This document shows, piece after piece, positions 23,301 to 35,486 of a DNA stretch of 64,000 nt (position 1 is the first letter of the stretch; each line of letters opens with the position of its first letter). Origin of the DNA: Lama guanicoe (taxonomy: Eukaryota). A model generated the notes under the pieces. It ran no database searches and was not told the origin of the DNA. It worked only from the letters and a program-made list of their open reading frames with translations. The position numbers and the translations under genes are program-made. The stretch is taken from the NCBI GenBank assembly GCA_013239625.1, contig MU053933.1, forward strand, positions 3,339,817-3,403,816, read 5' to 3'.

Positions 23301-26300
23301 TCCACTTCTTCTTCCAAACTCCTGTTGGTGTTGACACTTGCACCTCTTCCCGTGAACCATGTTTTAATGGCATCTGGACTGGTGAATCCTTTCCAGAAGG
23401 TTTTCCAATTACTTTGCCCAGACCCATCAGCGGAATTGCTGTCTATGGCGGCTACAGGTTTACGAAGTGCGTTTCCTAAATAACAAGGCTCGACGGTCCA
23501 CAGGATTCCTTGATCCACGGGCTGCAGAGGGGGTGTTGTGTCAGCTCAGAAACAACATGAATCCACTGTCCGTCTCCCTCAGAGCTCTGGGGAGACCGGT
23601 GTGTTGTCAGTGAGCAGTCATACTTTCAAAGGAATCTTTTTTTTCTGAGCAAGAGGCCTCAGTACTGACCTTAAAATATTCAGTAAACCGCGTTGTACAC
23701 AAACGTGCGGTCCTCCGGGCTTTGCGGCTCCGTTTGCAGAGCACAGGCAGAGTTGACTGGGCATCGCTATTCGGGCCCGAGGATTTTCAGAGTGGTAGAT
23801 GAGCACTGGCTTCAACTTAGAGTCACCAGGTAGGACATCAAAGGTCACTGATCACAGATCACCATAACAAAGACAGTAATAATGGGAAAGTTTGAAACAC
23901 TGCAAGAGGTACCAAAACGTGACAGACGTGAAGTGGGCAAATGCTGTTGGAAAAATGGCACTGACAGACTTGCTCAAGTTAGAGTTCCCACGACCTTCAA
24001 TCTGTGAAAAATGCAGTATCTGCGAAGCACAGTGAAGCAAAGTGCTATGAGATAAGACATGCCTGGGCGGTGCTCATGGCTCTGAAGATGCAATGTTGTT
24101 AAATGCCTCTTCTCTGAAAGTTGATCTACGTGACCTGGAGGTCCGGGACAATGCCAATCAGAATCCCAGGAAGCTTTTTTTGTAGAGATGGGCGAGTCGT
24201 TTCTAAAATTTGTATGAAAATGCAAAGGTCCTAGAATAGCCAGAACAACTTTGAGGAAAAGGACAAAGTTGAAGAACTTAGACCCTCTGATTTGCGGTCT
24301 TACTATAAAGCCACAGTGACTAAGACAGTGTGTGTTGGAACCAATATGGACACAGATAAATGGGACAGCCTGGGGAATCCAGAGACACACACACTAGGAC
24401 AACGATTTGTGATAAAGGCGTCAACGCAATTCAATGGGAAGAGAATAATCTTCTTAAACACTGGGTTTTCCCAGGCATTCGGGACCAGAGTTTCCAGAGA
24501 TGCGGCCACTGAATATTTACCTTTAAAAGGTTCTAGTGGTGATTAATGTGAACCTATCTGTAAGTATCAATCTTCAGAATTTGGGGCCTCAGCCTTCCAG
24601 GAACCACGGCCTTCGGGAGATTTTTATTACCCACCGGAGTCCTGTATAGTGGGTCTCAGCAGGGGCTGCCTTGTGCTGAGCTGGGGAGTGAGAGGGAGGG
24701 ACGTGGGGCTAGAGAGGGATTGGCACCCTCCGGTCACAGCAAGGTGGGAGGCAAAGACTGCGCAGCCAGTAAAACCCCCAGCTGTGGCGAGAACGCGGCC
24801 TCTGCTGGAATTCTGTTTTCATAATAAAATACATAATCTTATTAAAAATAATAAAGGCATATGGTAAAAAAATTTTAACACTGGTGCTGGGAGAAGTGGA
24901 TACCTAATGCAAACCTCATACCACACGAAAGTTAACTTGAAATTGAGCAGAAACCTAAATGTAAAACCAAAACCTATAAAACTTCCGGAAGAGAGTACTG
25001 GAGAGGATGTCTGCGACCTCCGTTTTGTCAAGGATTCCTTGAGTAGGACACAGAAAGTGAGAATGCATATGAAAGAAAAAACCCAGTGAACTGGACTTCA
25101 TCAAACTAGTGTTGCTCTTCAAAAACCACTGTTAGGAAGACGGAGCAGCCAGACTGGGAGCCCATGTCTGCAAAACATAGACCCCCAAAAGGCCATGTCC
25201 AGAATACACAAAGGACTCTCACAACTCAGTCATAAGGTGAGCAACTCATTTTTTCAAATGGCCAACGATTTGAACAGACGCAGCACCAGACCCGGCCTCC
25301 CGGGCACACTCTCCTCCTGCTGCGGACGGATGAGGGTGGAGGAGCCGCGCCACGACCACCCTCCCAGCTGCCGGCCGCCCCGCCTGCCCTGGCCGCGTAC
25401 CGTTAAGATAGTAGCTCCTCCTGGTCCGGTCCCCGGAGGGCAGGCTACTCTCCGAGAAGCACACCCTCTTGGGCCGGACCACCTCCCTGGGCTCCAGCAG
25501 GGTCTTGTCCACCAGCGGGTCCTGGGAGGGGCTGAGGAGCGGGGACAGCTTCCTGTTGGAGCCACGGGGCACACGCAGCTCCGCCGAGTCGAGGAAAGCC
25601 TTGAAGGGCGCCTGGGCGGAGGTGGCACACCCCGGGGACGCGTCATCCTCGCTGGAGAGGGGGGCGTGTGAGCACAGCAGGTCCTCCAGGGAGGACGTCT
25701 GCAGCTGGGAGGGGGCCTCGGGGACACCGGTGAACCTTCCAAAGTCTGGAACTGGGGCAGGGAGGAAAGAGGGGAGAGGTCAGCTGATGTCCCTGAAATA
25801 GCCAAGAAGCGAGGAGACGGCTCTGGGAGCACTCGCAAGCCAGCCCGAGCTCTGACACCTGCGCACGCTCCCCAGGTAGGGGATGGGGTGGGGGACGCCC
25901 CACCCACTCCAGACGCTTCCCCCCGCCCATGCACCCACACACTCTGTACTGTACTGTGACTGTTTACGCTCCGAAATCTTACCCAAATGGTGTCATCTGA
26001 CGTGTTTTACTCTGAAACATACCTTTTAGCTGTAGCTTTCTCTTCGATATTTACCCACGGTGAGTGGGTCATTCGGTAGCTGGATGGTTCACTTAACCAT
26101 TTCCTGACACATGTGCACACCCACACAGACACACCCACACAGACACACCCACACACACACAGACACACCCACACAGACACACCCACACACCCACACAGAC
26201 ACACACACACACACACACACAGACACACCCACACAGACACACACACACACACATTTTTTACCCATCGCCCTACTGATGCACGCGGGGCTGTTTCCAGGTC

Positions 26301-29300
26301 TCCTTGCAAAGCAAAGCCGTGCTCAGCAGCCTTCGTGGGCCTCCCCGCCACGGCCAGTGCCGTCTGCTGAGGGCACCTGGGCCCAGGGGTGTGTGTGCTT
26401 CAACCTTCTTGCTCTCTCCAGCCACGGTGGTATCTCCACGACCACCAGCCACTTCACCAGAGCGTGGCAAGCTTGGGCCAGGCTAATGGTGACACGTGGC
26501 TTTTGCCCAGTCCCTGGTGGCGTCGAGCACCTCCTCACGCGTTCTCTGGCCTTTCAGGCTTCGTCTCCATGAACTCTGTGTGCTCACTGTTTTGGCTGGC
26601 TGGTCTTTTAGGGTTACACGCACCTGTTCTTTTTATATTCTGCGTACTAATCTCTTGTTGATGAAATGCCTTGTGTCTTCTCCCAGTGGGTGCCTTGTTT
26701 ATACTTCAACCTTTTTTAATGCTAATTATTCTCATGTGGAATTTTTAAAACTTTAATGTATTTCACTAAATTTTCATCTGATTTAACAAATTTTAAAATA
26801 AGTTTTAACATATCGATTCTTTTGTGGTTTATGAAATCCTCTTCTATCTCCATGTCATAAATTTATTCTCCTAGCAATAATGCAAATATATATTTGAGCA
26901 ACTGTTTTTTAAGATTTATACTGAAAAATTATATCCTAAAATGTGCCTACTCAGGAACAAACTGATCTATCCCCACGATACTTCCCCAGGGGAAAACAAA
27001 TGTTCAAAAGAAGGAAAGTCGTCAGAATGTGTGCCTTTTTTTTTTTAATTTTGTTTTTGTTTTTATTTTGGGGGAGAGGAAACTCGGCTTATTTATTGAC
27101 TTATTTATTGCAGCGGAGGTACTGGGGATTGAGCCCGTGCTCTAAGCACATGCTCTACCACCAAGCTCTTCCCTCCCCCGTGTCCTGCCTTCTGACCACA
27201 AGGCCAGCACAGTCAATCCTGGCGGCCCCTCTCAGGGCGTTACCTCCTCCTGCCCCAGCCAACCACACGGCCCAGAAACTGTCAGCGAGACACCTTTCAG
27301 GAGTCACCAAGCATTTGGATCAAAGATCCCCAGAGCTGGGCTCTCCCCGCAATTGGGCCCCAGAGAAGACTGGAGCCCTGTGCCCAGGACACAGATTCTC
27401 CAAGGGGAGGTGGGCTGTCCCAGCAGTGCTTGAGGGCTGGACAACCTTGCCTCATGGAAGAGCCACATCCATGACCCAGTTTTCAACGGACTGTTGTGTG
27501 GCCAGGTGGTTTGCACTTTGCTTTAGTTTCTATTTAGTGAATTGTAACTCCCTTCTGTTGCTCCCAAGCCTTAATAAAGTTGTGTCAAACATTAAAAAGA
27601 ATTTTTAAAATCCCCAGTCAAGTCCAAATGTTCAGGTTACATTATAATAAAATTATAAATGAATAACAAGAGTCAATAGAAAATTCCATCTCAGAATTAA
27701 AAGCATTCTCTTCAGTAATGATCAGATCAAGGAGAATATAAAAATAGGAAAAAATAATTATTGAGAAATATTTAAAATCAGAACACTATGTATTAAGACA
27801 CCAGTATATTTTAAATTGTAGAGTAAAATTAGCAACTTAAATCCTTTAATTACTTTTAAAACATCAAAAAATTAAACATTCACATGGACATGAATTCTTA
27901 AAGAAAGAAAAGCTAGAAAATGACAAAAAAGACAGCAGAAATAAACGTGAAACACTCCACAGAGAGTCCTGTGAGACAGCAGAGCAGTGGGAAGCTACTT
28001 TAGAGAAAAAGAAAGCATAAAGGAATTAAATTTTACCTCAATAGAGGTGTTTAAAAAAGTGAATTAAATTGGAACTGAGAAAAGTGATAAAAGAATGACT
28101 AGAAAGAGAATGTTCAAATTATGAAAGTATCCTTTACATGTGAATATTAGTTGCAACTTTTAATAAAAGGAGACATTTTCTGGGAAATTATTTTTAAATG
28201 ACTCAGGAAGAAGGAGAGAACCTAAATGGACCAGTGAGCACAAGGAAACCCTGGAAGGCACAGACTCGCAATGACCCAGAGGGCTGCAGGCCTGCGTGGT
28301 TCGTGGGTGACTTCTTTCAAGCTCAGTAAGTATGAACTGTTTATTCATAACCCCTTCATCATGTAAATGAGGCTGGAACACTGAACAGTCGAAAGATGCT
28401 TGATTATTAAGGTCATAAATTTGCCACAGCTCCAACATCAGATCGCTGTAAGGATAACCCACAGGAAGAAAACCGAGCCCACGTGCACATGGGAACAGAG
28501 TCCAGAGACCCCAGCTGAAGCCCCACCAAACAGATGGCACCACAGGCCCAGCGCAGGCCCAGGGCCCAGGGGTCGCCCCAGGAAACTGCGTAATGAGACC
28601 CACCAACAGCCCGAGGGGAGTAGCAGAGGCACCGCCACTGATGCCGAAACGAGGTCATAAAGATAGAGCAAAACGAGCCGTTTCTCAACATTTTTGTTCT
28701 TTAAAAGTAAGGACTAGAAAGACGTCCCCAGCACCCAGCCTGCACCCCCGGGCAGACGGGGCTGTCACTGCCCACCACGCCGAGGAGGAAGGGGGACAGG
28801 CCGCCGACGCCAACGGTCCTGGGAGTATGGGGAAAAAGACAGGAAAAAATAACAAGCATGTGTGCTGTCAAGCTCATTTAAACTGACCATACCTCAATTT
28901 TTTAAAATCTCATTTAAAACAAGTGTTTGTAAATAGAGCAGCTACAGACTCAGAAAACATCGGAGAACAAATTGAAAACCTTAGTAGAATGAAACAGTTA
29001 TGTAGAGGCTGGACACACGACAAATCCTCCCAGAATCCAGCCGCGCTGGCACCTGAGACAAGCGGGAGAGGGGCTGGCCCATCCCGCGGGACAAAGTGCT
29101 CCGGGGCAGACTCAGTGATCAGTGTGGAAGAGCTAGTTGTGAGAAACAGCTAAAGAGACTCGAAGAAGCCGAGAGCCAGAGCAGCTTAATGAAACCATAG
29201 TGGGAGAAATCTTCCTCTGGGTAAATGGGAGAAAACAAACGTGAAAAGGAATCACCCTACCTCCTGAGCCAGCGATTCCACCTTCTAAGGAAGGAAACCT

Positions 29301-32157
29301 GCTATAAAGTGCTTTTTGCATTGGTGTTTATCTCAGGGTAAGAAAGAAGAACGGAATTTCAGACATAAGGAGAGAGTTCATTAAACAGGCTCATGTGATT
29401 TTGGAATATTACACAGCCATTTAAAAGCACATTTATAACTATACAGAAATAACTGTATCGAGATATAACAGAGAAAGAGGCAAAGGAAATACTCAAAACT
29501 ACTTAAAATTAGCAGACGGCCCACCCAGGACACCAGAGCCGAGGGGACAGTGAAGGCTCTGGTGACGCCAGGGCCCTGCTCATCCCCTCCGTCCCTTTGA
29601 GGACATGCGTCAGCTGCGGACTCAGAGACCCCGGCGGGGCTGTCTCACCCTCGGCGGAAACAGACGTCTATCTGGTGACGTGGGGCTGGGAGATGCGGCG
29701 GGGAGGCCTCACTGTGGTGTGTAGAGGCCGCAGCCTCCCCAGGAGAGCATTCCGGGTCTGTTTTAACTTTCAGCTGCACACAGCCGTTGACCCGAGGGCC
29801 AACGGCTAGCCAGCCACAGCCCACGGCAGCACGCAGGCAGGAGGCCGTCTGTGGTCACGGGACTGCAAGGGCGCTGCCTGTGGTGGGGTCCGGACCAGAG
29901 GGTGGCAGTGAACCGCCGGGATAGTCCGCCCCCCAAGGGCCCCGTTTAGGCGCCAAAGGACCCATAGCACCACGTGAATATCCACCAAAACCCTTGGAAA
30001 GGAACCTGAGAGAACCCTGACGGTGGCTGCCTTTGGGCGTGGGGCCAGGAGCACAGGCTCGGCCTTGGGGTGTTTATCAGTCTGCCCTGAGTGATGCTTT
30101 TGAAAGAGAAAAAACAGTTTTTAAAGCACATTCTGTTTCAAGTGCAGACACAAAGGGACTGGTGGACCATGAGCCATTGCTGTGCAGTGGCACCTTCTGT
30201 CTGTGACCTTGAGCTGCTCCAAGAACCCCTGCTGGTTCTCCAAACTCCAGGGCCAAGGCGAAGGCCTAGGCTGCACCTTCTGCAGAAGGCTGAACCCTGG
30301 GCATGGAGGTGGCCCACGGTGACCCTGGCCCACACCCTGTGGCTGAGGCCCCATGGCCTCTCTGTGGAAGGCTTGGTGGCCTCGGGCTGGCCAGGGGCTG
30401 GGGCTCCTCCCAAGACTGGTGTCCAGCAGGTTCTAGGCTTGCCCACGGGCAGGGGTGCTGGCTACAGTCCCAGAGACTCTGCCCTGACTCGGACTCTGAC
30501 AGGGACAGCCTGGCCTGAGCAAGGGCCTGCACCTCGCCCAAAGCCCACCCTTCCAGCCTAGGGAGGCTAGGAGTGAGGGAGCCCAGAGAGCCTGTCCCCT
30601 GCTGACCACATGTTTGGATCTGAGCCTGGAGGGGAGGACCCAGAAAGACTCAGTTCTTGGGACAAAGGGTGACAAAGCAGCATGAGGCACGTGACTCAGA
30701 GGCTGTCATAGCATAGACGAGGCCTGGGGACAAGTGCCTTTTTCAGCCACTGTCCACTAGGCGTCCCCTGCAGGCTGAGAAGCAGCCCTGGCCCTTTGCA
30801 AGACATCACACCCAGGACACAGCACCATGAGGCCAGTCGCTCCTCCACAGGTGCCCGATGCCAGCTTGTGCCTTGGCCACCAGTGGGGGCTCAGACCATG
30901 GGCCCCAGGGTTTCTCCAGCTGCCACTTCTCTTCCCACCGTCCCCCCACAGGACCCCCTGCTGGTCTGAGCTCCCTCCTCAAGGGCCCCTCGAGGCTGGA
31001 GGCGTGGAGATGCTGTGAGGGACTCTCGCAACCTGGGACATGCTCGCCCTTGGGGCTCTGCGCCCACGAGTTTTGTGCAGGGGGCTGATGGGTGACACTG
31101 ACCGCAGCTAGGAGGCCATTGCCATGCTGGCTCAGAGGCCGTGCAGGCATTTGGGTGGACTCCAGGGAGTGACCACACCCAATGCAGATCCCAGTGGCCA
31201 GTCCTCAGAGCACCCGGACATCCCACTGGGGAACCGGCAGCTTTGGGAGCATCTGCTACAATGGAAAAACACCTCACACCCAAGTCCACAGGGCACCGGC
31301 GCGGCATCCACCCACCCTCACCATCGCACAGCTGGGTGGCCAGGCAGTGAGAGTGACCACCTACTCCAGGGGACATGGCGCTCGCCAGGTCCCAGGGCTC
31401 CTCCGGCAGCAGGGGCCCTGTCTGGAGTCCACACCCCAACCACACAGAGACCAGGCTCATGGCAACCACCGTGCCCCAGCTCACACTCTCCACATGTGAA
31501 GAGAGCATTTTCTCACAAAAAGTTTAAAGCAGAACCAACGACTTCTGCAGAAAGTGATCAAAGTCTGTCTTTCCTGTGAAGTCACAGAAGGCTTGAGTGG
31601 CTTCTACACTTACTTCCACCAATGGCTGCTTCCTGCCCCGGTGCAGCTCAGCCACGTGACTGCCTTGGTGGACGGCTGGTGCGATTGGCACACAAGATGC
31701 CATGGCTGGGACGAGCATGCGGGGCCCAGGGGGGCGAGGCCCTCAGGGCCCAGAGGAGGAGCCGGCTGCCAGGCCCACCTGACCCCCCAGGACTGTGACC
31801 CTCAGCGGCCACTACGGACAGAGTCCCACCCTCCCACGTGAGTAACCTGCTGCCCATTCTCCAGGGGTGGCCTTGGTGGCCTAGAGACAGGGGACACACA
31901 GGACACACAGCGGGGTGAGCAGCTCGGCCCCAGTCCGCCCAGGCCTGGGGCTCACCTGCACTCCCGGGGGAGCAGTCCTCAGGGTAGGCGGGCGCCCTGG
32001 GGAAGAGGGGGTCGCGGGCCCCTGGCCCCCCGCTCTCCTGGCAGCCCTCCCGGAGCAGGCGCTTCAGCATCTGGTTCTCCTTCAGGAGGCGCACCTGCTT
32101 CTTGAGGTCGGCGTTCTCACTCACGAGCCTGTTGAGCAGCTCGCTGCCCTCGGCCAT
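17006..32157 (-). CDS. SPATC1L: Speriolin-like protein (spermatogenesis and centriole associated 1 like), complete CDS, 343 aa
   Basis: Exons 31956-32157, 25401-25751, 17901-18052 and 17006-17332 total 1032 nt. The translation [31 protein letters not shown]...[18 protein letters not shown]...[15 protein letters not shown] matches SPATC1L. Confidence 0.96.
17901..18052 (-). CDS. SPATC1L: SPATC1L third coding exon
   Basis: [51 protein letters not shown]; 152 nt. Confidence 0.95.
18790..20398 (-). mobile_element. L1 relic (ORF2 3' part and 3' UTR), antisense
   Basis: AT-rich L1 hallmarks (ggacatttcatagaagtgg, gtgctgctgtgaac, cctaggaatggaattgct, tgttgaaaagattgttc); ORF2-like remnants in the minus-strand ORFs. 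Confidence 0.85.
21625..21700 (+). repeat. (GAAA)n/(GA)n microsatellite
   Basis: Directly visible in the sequence. Confidence 0.95.
21833..22337 (-). mobile_element. MLT2 (ERVL) solo LTR nested in L1
   Basis: tgtatttgtcagggttcttcagagaaacagaa...taaaattaaccatcata is the reverse complement of the recalled MLT2 termini. Confidence 0.85.
22545..24065 (-). mobile_element. Tigger1 DNA transposon (internally deleted, about 1.5 kb) nested in L1
   Basis: Both ends present; transposase remnant MDQGIL...[24 protein letters not shown] (23282-23518) and [15 protein letters not shown]. Confidence 0.9.
25401..25751 (-). CDS. SPATC1L: SPATC1L second coding exon
   Basis: [29 protein letters not shown]...[21 protein letters not shown]; 351 nt. 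Confidence 0.94.
26107..26252 (+). repeat. Compound (CA)n repeat with about 14-bp CACACAGACACACC units
   Basis: Directly visible in the sequence. Confidence 0.95.
27036..27179 (-). mobile_element. tRNA-derived SINE, Vic-1-like, antisense
   Basis: Poly-T, (TTTA)-like tract, ggaggtactggggattgagcc...gcacatgctctaccac...ccctcccc. Confidence 0.8.
27600..29510 (+). mobile_element. Highly decayed ancient L1 fragments
   Basis: A-rich sequence with L1 ORF2/3'-like motifs (ggaatattacacagccatttaaaa); boundaries approximate. Confidence 0.5.
31956..32157 (-). CDS. SPATC1L: SPATC1L first coding exon (N-terminal coiled coil)
   Basis: GCC ATG G context; MAEGSELL...[12 protein letters not shown] donor. Confidence 0.93.
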
Positions 32158-33539
32158 GGCCGTGTCCGTCCACAGGTGCTCACGTGCAGGCCTGCCGCCC
32201 CATGGAGGTGGAGATCGGAGCCCAAGACGCTCCAGAAATGCCGAGACCACGGAGTTCCAGCCACCCGGCCTTCCGCGGCCTTGTGATGTCGCCTTAAAGA
32301 GGCAGCAATGGTGTCCTTCCCGCCTTCCCCTGCCTCCTGGCCCCCGGCCACGCGGAGCACCGCCCACAAGCAAGCAGAGGAGGGCATGTGAGCAGCGGGA
32401 CCGGGCAGATTCCAGGGTGGGGGCTGAGACTCACGCAAGGAGGGCACCCCAGCAGAGGGAACAGCAGGTGCCAAGGCCCGAGGCAGGAGCCTTCCAGTGC
32501 ATTCTGGGAACCCAGGGCTGAGGGAGACGTCCACAGGCCTGGTGGGGCTCCTGCCTTCACTGAGCGACCCTGTCAGCCACCAGCCCTGCAGTGTGGCTCC
32601 CTGACCCTTTCCCCCTGCAGGGCCAGCCGAGCCCACAGAGGCAGGTGGTCGTCCCCTAGAAGCTGGGCAGAGAGTGTCTGGCCTGCAGACTCTTATTCCA
32701 GTGCACTCCTGGGATGCACATTTGAGGGAGAAGGAGACAGTGGGTGCAGAGGGAGGCAGGCCCAGGGTGCCCCCGACAGCTCCCACAGCCCACGGAGCTC
32801 TGGTGGACTCCAGGGAGGCCACCTGCTGACTGCACTCCCCGAAGGATCCAGGCAGCACCTCAGCCTCCTCACACGGACCACGAGCACTGAGTGTCTGGGA
32901 CACTGACCTTTACTGGACCTGAGGGCCCCCAGCCAGGGCACAGGGTCGTGTGGACCAACCACACACGCAGTCCCACCAAAGTGCGACTCCAGTCGCATTG
33001 GTGTGACCACCGTGAATCCCACCCCTACCCTTTCACTCACTACCCGTAAGGTAAACTCAGCACTGTGTCCTGAGGAAGGACAGAGCCCAGAAAAGGAACA
33101 GCACGTCCTCCCTCCCCTTCAGCCCTGATGCCCACCCAGGGAGGAGAAGCAGCCTCCAGGCGGAGCACAGCCTTTAGGTCCCCCAGACCAACTGCTCAGG
33201 TAGTCACCTCAGGGCAGAAATCCTCGGGTTGGCTGGCAGAGAAAGGATCCCTAAGTCCCAGCCATCCCTTCTGCATCCCGGGAGAGCGGGAATGCAGACA
33301 GCGGGAATGCGGACAGCAGGAACGCGGACAGCGCCCACTGAGGAAGGCAGGCAGGGGCCTCCAGGACCCTGAGGACAAGGCCAGGGCGCGCGAACGGCTC
33401 CCTCTGCTGCCTCCAACCCTCACAGTTCTTTCCCACCCCAAGAAAGCCCTCTCCAGGGTCCCGCCAGCCGGGGACCTGCCAACATCCGTCCTGTTTTCTG
33501 GTCCTGATGCACTGCTCTTTTAATACACTCAACGTGCTA

Positions 33540-34770
33540 AGTTTAGGCTTTTTCTATGTTCGTGAGAGAAATTGATCTGTCTCCTTTTCTGGCCATGACT
33601 TGGTCTGGTTTTGCTATCAAGGTCATAGTGGCCGTATAGTGACTCGCAAAGGGTTGTCTCCTCCATTTTCTGGGTATTTGTGTTAGACTGTTATTTCTCT
33701 TAAATGTTTGATAAATTCACCAGCAAATCCGTGTGAACCTAGAGTTTTCTTCTGGGGAAGTTCTTAACTTCTAATTCAATTTCTCAAATAGACGTAAAGT
33801 TACTTAAAATTTCCATTTTCTCTTACGCCCATCTAGATAACAACTATCTTTCAAGGAGTTTGTCCACGTCACCCCCATGGTGGAAGCCTGGAATGCTGGC
33901 ATCACATAGTTCACAGCTCCCTATCACCCCTCTGTGACCTCTGAGACTAATCGGTCCAGTCAAGGCGGAAGACACACCGTGGCCGTGCAGACCCAGCGTG
34001 CAGTCAGCAGGCTTTTGCAGGAGGATGTAAAGCAGAGCAGTGGGAGCCGTGGCCCCGAGGCGGGCGCAGCCTGGCCGGCTCGCTTCCTCAGGGTGGGTGG
34101 CTGTGCGCCCTTTCTCAGTCTCAGCCTAAGTTGTTAGCTTTCTCACCTCCCCTGACTGGAGGACTCACTTTGGTTGCACTGATCTTCTCCACCAGTTCTT
34201 CTGGAGCATTTGATTTCTTTTATCCAGTGTTTCCTTCCTTCTACTTACTTTGGTTTTAAGATTCTTAAGGTGGACACTTTGACCACTGATTTTAAACCTC
34301 ACTTACAGCATTAATAACAAGGCTGTAAACATTTCTCTAAGCTCTGCTTTCGCTACATACACAAATTTTGAAGACATGTTTTTATTTTCATTCAGGTTGA
34401 AGTATTTTTTAATTTTCCTCGTGCTTCCATTTTTTACCATAGACGACTTAGAAGTGTATCTTTTCATTTTCAAAAATTTGGGACTTTACAAATCCTGTTA
34501 CTGATTTCTAATTTAACTCCATTGTGGTCAGAGAATACACTCTGTATGGTTTCAATCCTTTTGAATTTCTTGAGACTTGTGTCATGACCCAGCATGGCCT
34601 ATCTTAGTGAACCGTCCATGGCCGCTTGGAAAGAACGCGAGCAGTTATACAAATGTCAACCACACAAGCTGGTTGAAGATTTTCTCTACAGTTGCTGAGA
34701 CAATTATTGAAATCTCCCACTTTAACTCTCTTTAGTTCCACCAGCTTCTGCTTCATGTGTTTTGGAGCCG
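33540..34770 (-). mobile_element. Ancient L1 ORF2 relic, antisense
   Basis: ctgatttctaatttaactccattgtggtcagagaatacactctgtatg...ttgagacttgt and similar L1 motifs. Confidence 0.75.
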
Positions 34771-35480
34771 TTACTAGGCGGTCCCTGTGGAGTCCACGGA
34801 GACCAGCGCCTGGTGGAGGGCGCTGCAAGGAGCAGCCGAGATGCCCTGTTCTTGAGGCAGTGGGACGGGCATCTCCAAAGCCAAGGGGCCTGTCTCACGC
34901 TGAGTTTCCCTCTCCAGTTGCCTCCTAGGAAGTCCAGCACTGTGTCTGGAGGCCAACAACAGCAAGCGAACAAGACCCCGGCACATACCCCGTGACCTGA
35001 CGTCCCTCCCAACCCCACCTGACCTTCTTGCCCTCACGTCCCCTTGTCTATTTTCAACCTAAATTTCCTTTTGAAACAACGGGAATTATTAGTAATACTT
35101 TACACTGCAGATGGAGAGATGAAAATAAATCAAGCCAACCAATTAACCTATCATTATTGCTAAGAAATGAGAAAAACGAGGAAGCAACAGTTGACAGCAT
35201 TGATTTTTTTTTAAACACTTTTGTTGCCTGAATAAGATCAAATCACGTAACAATGTTGGTTACACTCAGTAAGGAAGTGTTCTCCTTGAAGCAAGTTTCC
35301 ACTGTGAGTGAAAGAACCCACACAGGCTCAGACCTCAAGTTTACATCCCAGTGAACACAGAAAAGCCAACATGGCTCCAGAGAGAATTTCCCACACGTTC
35401 AAAACCCACTCCCCATAACCAAAAATGAAATGATTTGAATTCAAGAATCTTCATTCACCCCAGGAGAGAGATTTTTGATT

Positions 35481-35486
35481 TTTAAT
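35481..35486 (-). terminator. Candidate LSS polyadenylation signal (ATTAAA)
   Basis: TTTAAT on the plus strand, about 1.8 kb past the stop; I saw no canonical AATAAA nearer on the minus strand. Confidence 0.3.

Larger units (their letters stand above)
20660..25280 (+). mobile_element. Old L1 ORF2 relic, interrupted by nested insertions
   Basis: RT-region motifs (tcaataagattgataaac, gatgcagaaaaagcattcaacaaaatccaacatcc, gacatgatcatctat). L1 sequence resumes colinearly after each insert. Confidence 0.85.

Noticed and set aside
23082..23848. Domesticated Tigger transposase gene
   Set aside because: Broken into short frames with an internal deletion; a decayed transposon.
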